Of a stretch of DNA of 64,000 nucleotides, positions 25,801 through 38,242 are shown in pieces (within the stretch, counting starts at the first letter, position 1; each line of letters starts with the position of its first letter). Below the pieces are notes generated by a model, which saw nothing but the letters and a program-made list of their open reading frames with translations, was not told the DNA's origin and did not search any database. Origin of the DNA: Dipteris shenzhenensis (taxonomy: Eukaryota); NCBI GenBank assembly GCA_047967505.1, contig CM106538.1. One strand, written 5' to 3'. The position numbers and the translations under genes are program-made.

Positions 25801-27270
25801 GGCAAGAATGCAATTGGCTGTAAATGGGTTTATAAGATCAAGCACAATGCAGATGGTTTTGTGAATAGATACAAGGCAAGATTAGTTGTCAAGGGGTATG
25901 CACAGACATATGGCATTGATTATGAAGAAACTTTCAGCCCGGTTGCAAGGATGGCAACCGTAAGAGCAGCCATTGCTATGGCTGCATCAAAGGGATGGTC
26001 TTTACATCAGATGGATGTAAAGAATGCCTTCTTGCATGGTGATTTGCAAGAAGAGGTCTTTATGGAGCAGCCAGCAGGTTATGTTCATGCTACTCATCCT
26101 GAGTTTGTTTGCAGGTTGAAGAAAGCCTTGTATGGCTTGAAGCAAGCACCTAGAGCATGGTCTGACAAAATAGGACAGTATCTTGTCACTAGTGGCTTTC
26201 AGATTTCCAAGGCAGATTTCTCACTCTATGTGAGAAAAACAGAGAAAGGGATTATGCTGTTGGTCATTTATGTTGATGATTTGATCATCACAGGTGATAG
26301 TGATGAAGATATCCTTCATGTGAAAATGCTATTGAGGCAGAAGTTTGAGATGAAGGATTTGGGAGAGCTGCGTTATTTCTTGGGCATTGAGGTGATTAGA
26401 TCACCAAGTGGGATACATCTCTTGCAGAGGCAATATGGACTGGACATGCTGTCCAAATATGGGATGACAGGCTGTAAGCCTATTTCAGTTCCTTTGGAGC
26501 AGAATGTGAAGTTGAGCGCAGATGCAGGTGAGCTTCTGGAGGACCCTACTATGTACAGACGCATAGTAGGAAGTTTGATTTACATGACTATTACCAGGCC
26601 AGATTTGAGCTATGCTGTTGGGTTGGTAAGTCAGTTTATGCAGGCTCCAAGGAAACCGCATTTGGATGCGGCTAGACGCATACTCAGGTATGTGAAGTCC
26701 ACATTGCAGTATGGACTATTTTATGAGGCTGGGGTTCAGATACAATTGCATGGATACACTAATGCTGATTGGGCTGGTAGCATTTCCGATAGACGATCTA
26801 CCAGTGGATATGTGTTCTCTTTTGGGAGTGCTGCAGTCACTTGGAGCAGCAAGAAACAACCTACAGTTGCCTTGTCGAGCACAGAGGCTGAGTAAAGGGG
26901 TGCAGCAATGGCTGCATGTGAGGTAGCGTGGTTGCATAAGCTACTCTATGATATGCATCAGTCTACAAATGGGCCAGTTGTCATTTATTGTGACAACATG
27001 AGTAGTATACATTTGGCAAAGAACCCAGTCTTTCATGCCAAAACAAAGCACATTGAGGTACATTATCACTATGTGCGGGAGAAGGTTTTACTAGGTCTTA
27101 TTGATCTAGTTTATGTCAGCACAGAGGATCAGGTAGCTGACATCTTCACGAAAGCATTGGGCACAGAGAAGCTGCACAAGTTCAGAGGCCTGCTTGGTGT
27201 GCAGGAATTGGGATTGAGCTCGAGGGGGAGTGTTGAGATATCGAGCTCCACTCGCGATATGCCAGGGTGA
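22892..27270 (+). pseudogene. gag-pol: Copia D gag-pol with stops and a 14-bp duplication frameshift
   Basis: CYYCGKMGHMAKDC, WYVDSGAS, RSDGGGEY, YVDD, RNase H; stops at 23150, 23393, 25120 and 26893; gtagttgcagatat duplicated at ~24305-24332. Confidence 0.96.
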
Positions 27271-27592
27271 CCGTTGTGTATTTATGTCACCGACTTGCAC
27301 CGACTTGTTAGCTGGAGATGCGGTTGGTACACCGCTCATGAATAATAGCTGGATGACAGCTATCCTTATCTACACTAGTTCATGGCTCAGTTAGTATGCC
27401 ACCTTAGTTAGTTGAGTTTGGTTTGAGACCCACATATAGGGTTCTTCTATTTCTTTGTACTTGAGTTCTTTTGGCTTTCACAACTAAGAAGAGGAAAACT
27501 GTTTTCAGCCTCCACCTTCGTGTGTATTCCCCCATTGTGCATGTGAGAAAGCCGCAAGTGAGACTCCTTCCCTCTCTCCTATAATCTTCACA
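27231..27592 (+). repeat. 3' LTR of Copia D (362 bp)
   Basis: Matches the 5' LTR plus a 10-bp duplication caccgacttg. Confidence 0.97.
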
Positions 27593-28614
27593 TTCTGTAG
27601 ATGACTATGGAGTTGATGCTTCTATCTCCTATGTAGGTGAGGTTTTCCATTCTGATTCCCCATCAAAGATTACATCTCTGGAGATAATGACCTTGCGATT
27701 GATGGGATCATACAATTTGTATGCTTTGCTTTCTTCACTGTAGCCAACCATGATGCATTTGCATGACTTCGCATCCAATTTCCTACGATGATCATCATGT
27801 ATGTGGGCATATGCTATGCAACCAAATATGCGGAGATGCCCAATGTGTGGCTTGTGTCCAGTGAATGCTTCATAAGGAGTCATACCCTGAATCGGTTTGG
27901 TAGGAAGCCGATTAAGTAGATAGTTTGCAGTGGCTATTGCTTCTGCCCAATACTAATTCAGAAGATGCTTTTCACTAAGCATTGCTCTAGCAATGTCTGC
28001 TAATGTCCCATTCTTCCTTTCAGCTCTTGAATTCTGTTGAGGAGTATTTGCACACGTGAATTGTCTTCGTATGCCATGATTTTTGCAAAAGTTCATGAAT
28101 GCTAAAGACATGTATTCACCTCCTCTATCTGATCTCATGACTTTGATCTTTCTACCTGTCTCATTTTCTACCATGGCTTTGAATTCTTGAAATCTGGAAA
28201 TTTCTCTTTCAGAAAGTAGACCCAACAATATCTGTTGTAGTCGTTGATGAAAGTCAAGTAGTAAAGTAAATCATTGATGCTGCAGGTCTGGGCATAACCC
28301 CATATATCTGTATGAATTAAATCAAGAATACCTCATGCACGAGAGGTACTTCTACCAAAGTTGGTTCACTTTTGTTTGCCGAAGCAGCATGCTTCACAAA
28401 CTTTTCCAAGAAATGTGTGTGAAGGAAGTGGTTTTGTTGAGCGAGGCTCAAATGTGAGTGTAACTTGTACTAAAATGTGTGTGTGATGTGACGAGCATGT
28501 AGAGCACAAAAAAACAAGTGACTTTCCTTTTTGGAGCACCCTCAAATTCTTCCTGGATCGATCAAGAGATACGACTTGATCTAGGTGGAGGGGCAAAAGG
28601 AGTGCAAATGTGCT

Positions 28615-29015
28615 CAATGATGATGTGTCACTTTGGGTCACATGTAGTGATGATGTGGCACTACGCCTAGCAAGAGGTGTGCTAGTGGAGCCTATGCTGA
28701 GGTGGCAAGAGTGGTCACATGCAGTGACTATGTAGAGGTAACTGTGCCTATAGGGGTCAGTGCTGATTGGACAGCTGAGGTGGCACAGATGATGATGTCA
28801 GTAGATGATGTGGTAATGATGATGTGGTAGTGATGACATGGTAGTGATGATGTGGCAATGATGATGTGGTACTAATGATGTGGTAGGTGATGTGTCCCTG
28901 ATGACATGGTAGATGACATGGCACTGGTGATGTGTCAAATAAGGCTAACATGGCACTTGCTGATGTGGCAGATAGAGTGCCACGTGTCCTTGTTGTGGAT
29001 AAGCTACCACGTGGC
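28615..29015. repeat. Degenerate gatgatgtgg(c/t)a minisatellite in the leader of element E
   Basis: Many gatgatgtgg / gatgacatgg / gatgtggca units. Confidence 0.75.
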
Positions 29016-30205
29016 AGTCTGTTGATCACACCTTGATTAGGAGAACCGTGGTTAAACCTTACTTGGGTTTTCTTGACCAACCTTATCCAACCCCTTGAGC
29101 TAAGGGTGTGGTTGTGGTGAGGATGAGATGCCACATGCCTCTACGTGGGCTGCCAGAATCTTTTAGATTTTAACAAAATCTTGAAAATTGTGTCACTAGT
29201 TTGATGAGTCATCGCTGGAGGATGCTTGACGACAGAATCGTTGAGGAGGCAGACGGTCGTAGCTATTGTGGACATCAGCAATTAGTCATTGGAGAAGCTT
29301 GGTGCCTTGAAGGTTGAGGAGACCTAAGCCGACTGGTCGTGGGCAGCTGCAAAGGAGCTGGTCGTCTCTGAGGTTGTTGTGCACGTTGCAAAGGAGCTGG
29401 GTACAAAGCTGGCTATGCAAGATTCCATCGAGTGGAATGTTTGGAGGCATAACTGGAGCTGAAGCATTGGAGCATGGTGTGGAGTTTGAAGCACTGTCAT
29501 TGGCGACGGCTTGCAATCATTGGTGCTAGTTGGTCGATTGAGGTTTGCTGTAGTTGTTGAGAGCCATGAGCTCGATGTTGGCCGCCTTGGATATTTGGAG
29601 CTATGCTTGGCCTTGTGCTAGGCTGCAGAGTAGTTCGATGATGGAATCGCACGTGCCTTGGTGCTGTGTTGGAGAGGGAGTTGCAAGGTGGTCATGGAAG
29701 ACGTAGTTGGAGAACTGACTGTGGCTGAGCCTTCGATGCTCTATTTCATGGAAGCTCTTTCGTTTCAAATAACCGAGAGAACTTATTAGACTCTCAAGCT
29801 CTCTCTCTTTTGCTCACAAGGTGAAGAACAATGAAACCTTCGAAATGCTTCAAAAAATCAGTGTTCACTAAACTCTCACTTTCATTCTCAATGGAAATCT
29901 CTCAAGGAATTCAAGAATATCTCTCTCTCAATCTCTCAAGGGAAGAGATGTATCTCAGATTTCTCTCTCTCAATGAACTTTCCCTATCTTTCTCACAAAC
30001 TCAGATGAAAGCCTCTATAGTCTCGCAATGAAAATCTTTCAAAGGAATGGACTCTCAATGAATGGAAGTAGACAGAATTTCTTCCAAAATGAATGGAATT
30101 TTTCTCTCACAGAAGAGAAAACTTGATCTCAATCTCTCAATCACTATCTCACTCTCACAAGGAGAATGGCACCTCAATGGAAGCTAGAACCATGCTCTGA
30201 TACCA

Positions 30206-30723
30206 TGACAAAATATGAAGAGGGGAGAGGAGAAGAGTGGAGATGAGGAGAGAGGGCATAGCTAGAGAGTAAAGGGGCAAATTGATGTGTGTGTGTGTAC
30301 CTATGGGCTTGGAGTCCTATGCAAGAAGTGTGTGAGTGTAGGTGTGCTAGAAGGTTCTAGTTAGATGTGTCAGGTTGGTGTGATGAGTGAGTGATGATAG
30401 GAGGTGATTGATTGAGATAACAGGGAGATGATTGTGGATCTGGGATCTACCTATATGGAGGTGGTTGCCTATATATGTTACCACTCTTGAAATAAAGGAT
30501 TGCATTTGTGTCTCATTGCCTCTCTATGGATTTACAGAGAGCACACCACAAATGACTAACTGTACACTAGATTTAGTTGAAAAAATAGAATATATACAAA
30601 CCCATCTAGGGTTAGGGTTAGGGGATCTAACCCTTTCCTTTATAGCACTCTATAAGGCTAGTGCTGATCACATGATGGTGCTATGGACACTGATGACATG
30701 ATGTTGAGCATGAACTCTCAACA
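30206..30723 (-). repeat. 5' LTR of element E
   Basis: Adjacent to PBS gctctgatacca; the other end tctcaaca abuts the integrase codons (GKCMLK) of element F. Confidence 0.75.
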
Positions 30724-32862
30724 CTTTCAACATACACTTCCCCATCTCCACGGTGGTCTGCATTCGGCGTTCAACAATAGAATTTTGCTGAGGCGTATGT
30801 GATGTCATCATTTGTCGTTTGATCGGGCTCACACATAGTTTTTCCTCATATGGGGGCCTTACAACTTGAGCACCTTGGACCACTGGTGGTTACTAGGAGG
30901 GTGGGGCATTGAGCATATCTAACAGCATCCAACGTTTGGCGCTCCTCCAGATGGCCTTCCTGACCAAAGAGATTTCAAGAAGCCATTGAAACCACAATTG
31001 GAGATGAAGATGCATTTAGCACATTAGATAGTTTCTTAACATCTCCATTTACAGAAAGAAATGAAACCATACCTGTACCCTCAACAGGGCATTTTGCATT
31101 ATTTCCAACTATCACAATGATGGGTTCCTATAGAGGCTGCATGGAACAATATAGACCCTTCTTGCAAGTCATGTGACGGGAGGCACCACTATCCAACACC
31201 CATGAATCAGTGGTTGACACTTCTTGAACTGAGAAACACTCTTCCTCGATGGCCAGAAATAGATCCAACTCTGCTTCCGTTGTGTTAGCTATCTCTTTCC
31301 CCTTATCTGTCTTCTTCAGGGTACCATTCTTTTCATCTTCTTTCTTAACCCGACAATCTCCAATCACATGGCCCTTCTTCTTGCAATAGAAGCATTCTCC
31401 TTGAAACTTCTTCTTGCCGCCCTTCTTCTTTTTTTCACCACTAGTAGAGGACTCACCTTTGGTGGAGGAACCACCTTTGCCTTTTGTAGTGGCAAAGAAT
31501 GCAGCATCCCCATTGCTGCCTCCATCTCGAGCTTTAAGCTTCAATTCCTCCTCCATAAGTAAAGCACAGAACTCCTCAAATGACAATGGTTGGAGTCTCA
31601 CCTAAGTGTTAAGTGCTGTTACTAGTCCATCAAACCTTGGTGGACATATCCGAAAACGCCGCTGAGCTAGCTCTTCACTAGTCTTTTGTATCCCAACAGC
31701 AACCATCTGGTCAAGCAGATTTTTGATTCGGGTTATGAACGCCTCTGCTGTCTCTCCTTCATTAAACTTCTTAGCTACAAGTTGATTCTCCAAAGTCTGG
31801 ATCCTTGTCTAATTCCATGTCTCATACTAACTCTTCAATATGTTCCAAGCTACAGTTGCCTTAGATGTATGCTAAATCAAGGTCAAAACACTATCAGTAG
31901 TACTTGTAACCAGGGCACATAGAGCATTTGTGTTCCTGCATTTCCAAGCTCATAGAAGGTCGACATTAGGAGGTATCGTACTCCCCAGATTTATTGGGCC
32001 GGGGGTTCCTTGTGGTTCTGGGGTCCCCAGTATTGTCTCCAGAAGCTCATATGAATCTAGAATAGCAGTAATTTTAAACTTTCATAGAGTGTAGTCATAC
32101 CATCTAGCTTGCCTTCAATGAAGGCTGGTGGGAGAATCCTCAACGCCTGGATTATTGGTGTAGTTGGTGCAGCTACAGCTGCTGAACTCGAGCCGCTTCT
32201 TGTTGCCATCACTCTGTATGCTATTGAAGCCCTCACCTCTCTTCTACTCTTCGATCCTTAGAGCCACCTAGGCTCGAATACCATGTTAAATTACATGGCA
32301 CAGCGGAACAGAAAGTGAAAAAGAATAAAGAGTTCACAGCAAACTGGAGCGAACAAAATTTTCCTTTAATACTGATGTAGTACAGATGATGGCTCCATCC
32401 ACCCGTGCGCTCCCATAGTGGAGCTTAGATGGAGATCTAGATAGATACTAGGTGAAGAGCTACTAGCTGGAAGATCTCTGCTGGAAGATCTGATCTGATA
32501 CAATGGACTGGGAAGGTTGCCTTTTTATAGCTATGCGGGCGGTAGTCAGATCAACGTAGTCAGTGGAGCCGACTAGTCAACCTAGTTGGTGGATCCGACC
32601 AGTCAACCTTGGGGGCTCTCATCCCCGAACCCCCACCAGGGGGCCAACTAGCCCCCAGACCCCAGTGAGAGCAAGGGGCTCCCACACTATCACCTTTCCA
32701 CCATCAACGGTCTCATTGATAGACCTCATCTGACGTGCAAGTTAGGATCCATCCAGTGTCTCGAGCTCACACATGGCTTTTCCTCATATGGGGGCCTTAC
32801 AATTTGAGCACCTTGGACCACTGGCAGTTACTAGGAGGGTGGGGCATTGAGCATATCTAACA
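30724..32862 (-). mobile_element. 5' half of Ty1/Copia element F (related to B): LTR, PBS, gag, PR and an integrase fragment
   Basis: LTR 32284-32862, variant PBS 32272-32283, gag-PR 32209-31023 (CFYCKKKGHVIGDC, WVLDSGASRHMT), integrase HTPQQNSIVERR 30724-30822. Confidence 0.9.
30823..31022. repeat. 200-bp direct copy of 32761-32960 (F LTR terminus plus external flank)
   Basis: Colinear near-identity from tcg(g/a)gctcacacat to gatgcatttagcac. Confidence 0.95.
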
Positions 32863-33914
32863 GCATCCAACGTTTGGCGCTCCTCCAGACGGCCTTCCTG
32901 ACCAAAGAGATTGCAAGAAGCCATTGAAACCACAGTTGGAGATGAAGATGCATTTAGCACCCAGTGTGCATCAAGCGAGACCCACACATGCAACCTTGGT
33001 GGTGAAACTGATTGAACAAGTGGACTTTGATGCCAATCGACCCCTCCCAGAGCTCCTTGTAGAATGATGTCTCCATGCTTGGGATAACAGTTATGCCACC
33101 GTAGTCGCATTGTTGGTGTCAAGGGATCAAGAGGTCCTTGTGATCGTGTGCACATGCATGCCTACTGGGAAAATAACAACTGCAGAATTTGTTGCCACGA
33201 CCACCAGATGAGGTTCTTCACTAGGATTTCCACACTCGCTCTACCGTAAGCAAGGTGCTGGGGATCGGATCGCATCCGATTGAGTTCTTCTTGAAATCCA
33301 TGAATGGGCCTCCTTACCGTAGCAATCTCCTCCCGAATCTCCTCCGGAGTGAGTGCAACTGCGTGCAAACCTCCATGTGAAGTGCCTCCACAATGACGAC
33401 AAGGAGCGGACATCATGAGTGCCCCCCAAAACACTTTGTTGAAAAGCAATCAATCGGCAGATTGTGAATTCCTTGCATGATGGTAAGAATGCACATCGTG
33501 ATCGCCAATATGTAGTGTCATAAATATGCGCAGACACTACAGGAAACAAAGGCAAATGACATGCATAACATCCATGAGAATGGAATACAGATAATGCAAT
33601 GAGATAGAACACCAAAGATCACTATATTTCAGAGCAATAGCTTGCACAACAACTATGCACATAAGAACATCAGAATGGTAGTAATAGCATGCACACAAAA
33701 CTGTCTGACGGTTAGGGAAGTGGCCGTTGAAGACTCAACCACTTGGAGATCTAAACTGCCAACCCTTGTAGCTAACCTACCCTCGCACACCCCTCATAGT
33801 CACTGCTGCTAACCCGCATGGTTATGCAATAACAAGCACTAACACTGGGGGAGTACAAATTTGTAAGGTCATTGGCACACTCTCCACTCATGGAATCTTA
33901 GCTTTAGCAACTCA

Positions 33915-35770
33915 ATGGCTATGCAATCCACTCAAAATACATCTATGAGGGTCACGATTACACCCTCTATTACCATACTAGCCACATACCATGCACTCAA
34001 GGATCCAGAGGTACAAGCCTCCTTGGTGGTGATAGGTCTCAAGCCAGCTGCGGACCAACTACCATGTCACCTCAACATGAGCTTGCTCAGGGAGTTCATC
34101 GGCGCTTACAACTCTAACTCTAATGCTGTCATTTTTTGCGATGCAACAAGGACCCCCCACTTCCACTACCTCAATGTGGATGTAGTGCGCTCGGCCTTTG
34201 GCCTGCCAATAGTTGCAAAAAAGTATTCACACAAGAAGAATATTCATGAGCCCCTTGGCAAGATCTTTAACTACGATAGGAAGCAAAGCAAGGGTGGCAT
34301 CCAAACTCACTGTGCCTGCACTGGATAAATCAGCCAAAATACTCTAGCTATTGGCCCAATTCAAGTACATGGACCACCATCAATGGATCATGCCAAACAT
34401 CCTTGTGAGGCTAGCAGAGCCATAGGTCACCAACTGTGTAGATTATTTTTGTCCCTAAATGAGGAAGACCTAAGACACATGGCAATTTCTTGGGCAGCCC
34501 AATGATTTATATGCCCATCATCTACCACATGTTGGCACAACAGCCGTGAATCATATATGGGCTCACCAACAAAGAGGCCACACAACCCATTCCAATAGAT
34601 GAAGAGACGATGGTGGCCAACCCCAAAAGCTTGAGAAGTGATCCAAGTGCCACCCCACCAAGCCTCCTTGCCTACCAGCCACTCGATAGCTAGCTAAGGT
34701 AGCAATATGAGGATTGTCAATTGCAGGAATACCTAGAGAGAAAAAGATGCCTCAAGGCCAGAAACCATCAATCTAAAGGCAAGGAAACAATCTCGAACCC
34801 CATTGATCTGGAAACGTTTCCAAGGGAAGGCATAATAAATATTGGCCTATACTCCAATGCAACAAGACTTCACCCTACCCCCTTTGCTCCCCAAACAATA
34901 GGCACCACCACAATACATCCCCAAGAGATAGATTATTTTTTCATAGGCTCTTCCTCTTCTCCATGATCCGGAGGTCTCATAGAGGCCCTATAGTTTTGCA
35001 GTGCACCTGAGTACCAGTGGACACATGGGGGATACAATGACATGTCAACCAAAAAGTTATCAAAGGCACGCAAAATGGAACTGCAACTACTAGAGGCAAG
35101 GGCCCAACTCTTGCACACAATTTTATAGTGTACACAAGAACATGCCTCCCAGCTATCCTCCTCTATATTGCAAGCACAAGTCAAGGCATGCGATAGCCAC
35201 ACCCTCATGGTCTCCACACAAGCTACCAGGAAAACCACCCTCGACAAAGTGGATGAGTACAGGGTCAATGTCGAAGGCCTGGAGGTCATTGTTACAAAGC
35301 TCAAGGATGAGCTCTCTACTAGTGAATCTGTGGTTCAGACCATGATGGACCAGCTAGACAAGGTAGAATCAAGCCTCAGAATCACAAAAGACTTACGAGC
35401 CGAGGAAAGGTCCAATTGACAAATCTAGGTGCTTCAGAACCTCCTCGCACAGGATTGAGCCCTCACGGTCACTTTGCAAGCCAAAAACAAATATCTTCGC
35501 ACCTTTGGATGCCTAGAGGAGTCCATGCTAGAAGACAAGGAGTAGCAAGAGTTCACAATGTACAAGGAGGTCTCTCCACAGCTTGCCACCTACACATTAT
35601 CCCCACGCACCATCCCCCAAACACTTCAGATGTACTTCGATGCCCTCCGCACAAAAAACCTCATCTTCCACATTGATCTCAGTGCTCCCGTCCCACCCAA
35701 CACCCTCCTAACCATCCTCCACTATCGCCCCATTCTCGCCATTCCCTACTTCTCCCTCGAGCTTTAGTGT
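33915..35770 (+). pseudogene. Decayed accessory ORF resembling Athila/Tat extra ORFs (plant-transposon-protein-like N-terminus plus coiled-coil region)
   Basis: LLREFIGAYN...LNVDVVRSAFGLP (33915-34328) and heptad-rich LEVIVTKLKDELSTSESVVQTMMDQLDKVESSL (35168-35419); family assigned from motif memory only. Confidence 0.45.
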
Positions 35771-38242
35771 GCCAGGTTATCCCTAGTCCTTCCCTTTAAT
35801 CTTCAATCCTTAGTTGCCCATCCCATTCTCTTGAACTTCCAGGCATGGTGTCAAGTAATCACCGAGTCCAATTATCCATAATACAATGATGTGATGCAGC
35901 CTGCCAAGCCTAATGAATTGATCCTATGGGTCTATACTCCCAAAAGCATCCAAGTTAGATGCATACCTATGGCCCAGGCTTCAGTAGTTCAAACTCAAGG
36001 GTATTTAACGGCCTATTGCTCCATGACCTACAACCCCTTGGCATCATCATTTTGTTCAACAGGGTGCTATAAGTTGTTCAGGACTCACTTGAGTCCTTGG
36101 TCAGAAATTTTGAAACAATTCATGTATCATACCCTGAAGATGTCATCAAGGAAGAAGTGTCCAAGCCATCTTTGTCTTTAACAATACTGCTCTTGCCCCC
36201 CCCCATCGGGCAAAAATTTCGCACCCAGATCCCACACATCCTATAGATCCCACCCAACCCCCTCAACAATAGAGTTTCTTCCCTTTGCAAGTCTTGTGGT
36301 ACCAATTTGTGAACCTCAAGATTATTTTCCTTAGTCAAGGTACTTGGAAGTATTTCGTAGACACAAATTTTTCAAAATGTCTTATCACTTGACAACCTTG
36401 TCCTTGTCAACTACCATCCTACCTAATTGTGAGTACCTTAGCAAGACCCATCTAATGCCCAGTTGCAAAGATCTGAAGGCAATGACAGTAAGTTTGTGAG
36501 ATGCTAAAATTGTGTGAGCAAAAGATTATTTATTTCATTGGATCACAGAGCTTGGGCAATAGTTTACTCAAAGTCATCGCTCAAGGCCTTTTTCCATCTA
36601 GACACCTCTGAAGAGAGATTAAGCTTCCAAAAGAGTGGCACAATAAGCAAAAGTACCCAGCAAAAGAGGATCAACTTGAAGAAGAAAATTGTAAGATTTT
36701 TTCCCTTATAGAATTGTGCAATGAGATTTCACAGAGAGCATGAATCCAGTTCTGAATGTTTAGAGCTACAGAGAACAAAAATTGGCTGTATGCAAGTCAC
36801 AAAGCATTAGCACGAGGACAACTGTGTGCAAACTTGTACTCCTATGTGAATCTCAGGACTATGTGTAGGTCATTCAGAACTAATCACAAATTGCAAATGC
36901 CTATCACAACATGGGTCATAATACAAAGCCAAGGTGATGCTCGTTGAGTCACAACAGAAGTAGTCACTAAATTGGATGCTACGTTGGGTTTAATCTTTAA
37001 TCTAAGAACAATATTGAGTGTGAATGGTTCTTAGAGACCATTAACCATATACTCACTCTCTCATCAAATGAAAGGTTTCTAATCTTGGCTTATTAAAGGT
37101 TGTTGATGCCCTTGTCCAAGTGAAAGGAAAGAATGACATGCAAAGGTGATGGGGTAATACTTTGGTTGCTATTTGTTTTCCACTCACTCAAGACAAAGTA
37201 AGAGATGATTCCCATAGTTCAAGGAACCATCAAATACAATTATTTATTTACAAGAAGAAGAAGTGCCATTTCTCACCACCACCATTGGAGATCAAGTAAG
37301 GTATTGTTGCTATCTCTTGGCCATTTTATTGCCACTTCATTTTGCAAAAAATTGGCATAGTACCCATGGGTAGTAGGGTTGAAGGAATTGTCATTTATTG
37401 GGATAGCATTATTGCAGGAGTCGCATGCCAAAATCAAAAAATTGCACATTTGGGTAGAAAAGTGGTTCATATCGAAAGTCATGTGCCTAGTTGGTGAAGC
37501 ATGAATGCACTTTAGCACTTGAAACAAGTTTTCGCCAGTAAATTGGAGTTGGAGCATGCATTTCAGGGTGTGAAAACATGAAATTGGATGTATTGGATCC
37601 CCAAGAGAGTTGGATAAGTTCTAAATTGTGATAAATCCTTGCAAGTGCAATCTTTGGAAGTATTTGAGGGTCAAAATGTTCTCATATATAGAAAGTGGGA
37701 AATGCCATACGTGCATTGGTAAATTCTTGAACTGGTGCTCAAAAGTGGACTCTTAGTGCTTGAATTTGATGCTCTTGGATGCCTAAACTTGAGAGAGTGT
37801 AAGCACTTAAAAAGATGGTCAATTCTCATATTTTCATGCCATTCATCTCACCTGAAGTGAGTGTGCTCAGAAAAATAAAAAAGGCACTATTGATTTGCGA
37901 CTTGCTAAGTTGCATTTGGAGGCAAGTATTGTTAATCAAGCATGGGTGAGACCACTCAATTCACCCAAATAGTAGGTGAAAAATGAACAAAGGATAATTA
38001 TAGTGTGTGGCCTTATAGAACGAAAACTTTACTCATGTAAAAAGGTGTTTGTGGATTGATCATCATGGGCGATGATGAATGCCTAGAGTTTCCATGGGAT
38101 TGCACCATCAAATGAGCTAAATTTGTAGTACAAAACATGGGTGAAAAAATCAAGAAAGGTATTGCATTGGATATCTTTATGCATTTTTGATACACTTATC
38201 CCTCACATCAAGAAGGCTAGCATGCCTAAAGAAGCTTGGGAT

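Larger units (their letters stand above)
21994..27592 (+). mobile_element. Full-length Ty1/Copia element D nested in E
   Basis: LTRs 21994-22345 and 27231-27592, TSD TTCTG (21989-21993, 27593-27597), PBS 22346-22357, PPT gagggggag 27222-27230. Confidence 0.98.
21402..30723 (-). mobile_element. Truncated Ty1/Copia element E: 5' LTR, PBS, long leader, INT and partial RT; gag/PR and 3' end missing; interrupted by D
   Basis: LTR 30206-30723 (TGTTGAG...TGTCA on minus), PBS at 30194-30205, integrase CEACCFGKQ / RSDRGGEY / TPQQN (27600-28430), RT WVYKVK...QLDVKNAFLNG (21402-21916). Joining the leader and pol into one element is an inference. Confidence 0.7.

Noticed and set aside
27222-27270. pol ORF running through the PPT into the 3' LTR (D and I)
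   Set aside because: Real, but a common Copia arrangement.
30605-30625. Interstitial telomere / chromosome-healing site
   Set aside because: Only 2-3 TTAGGG-like units, inside an LTR.
30823-30924. 3' LTR of element F
   Set aside because: It carries the same external flank as the 5' LTR, has no PPT, and lies between PR and INT.
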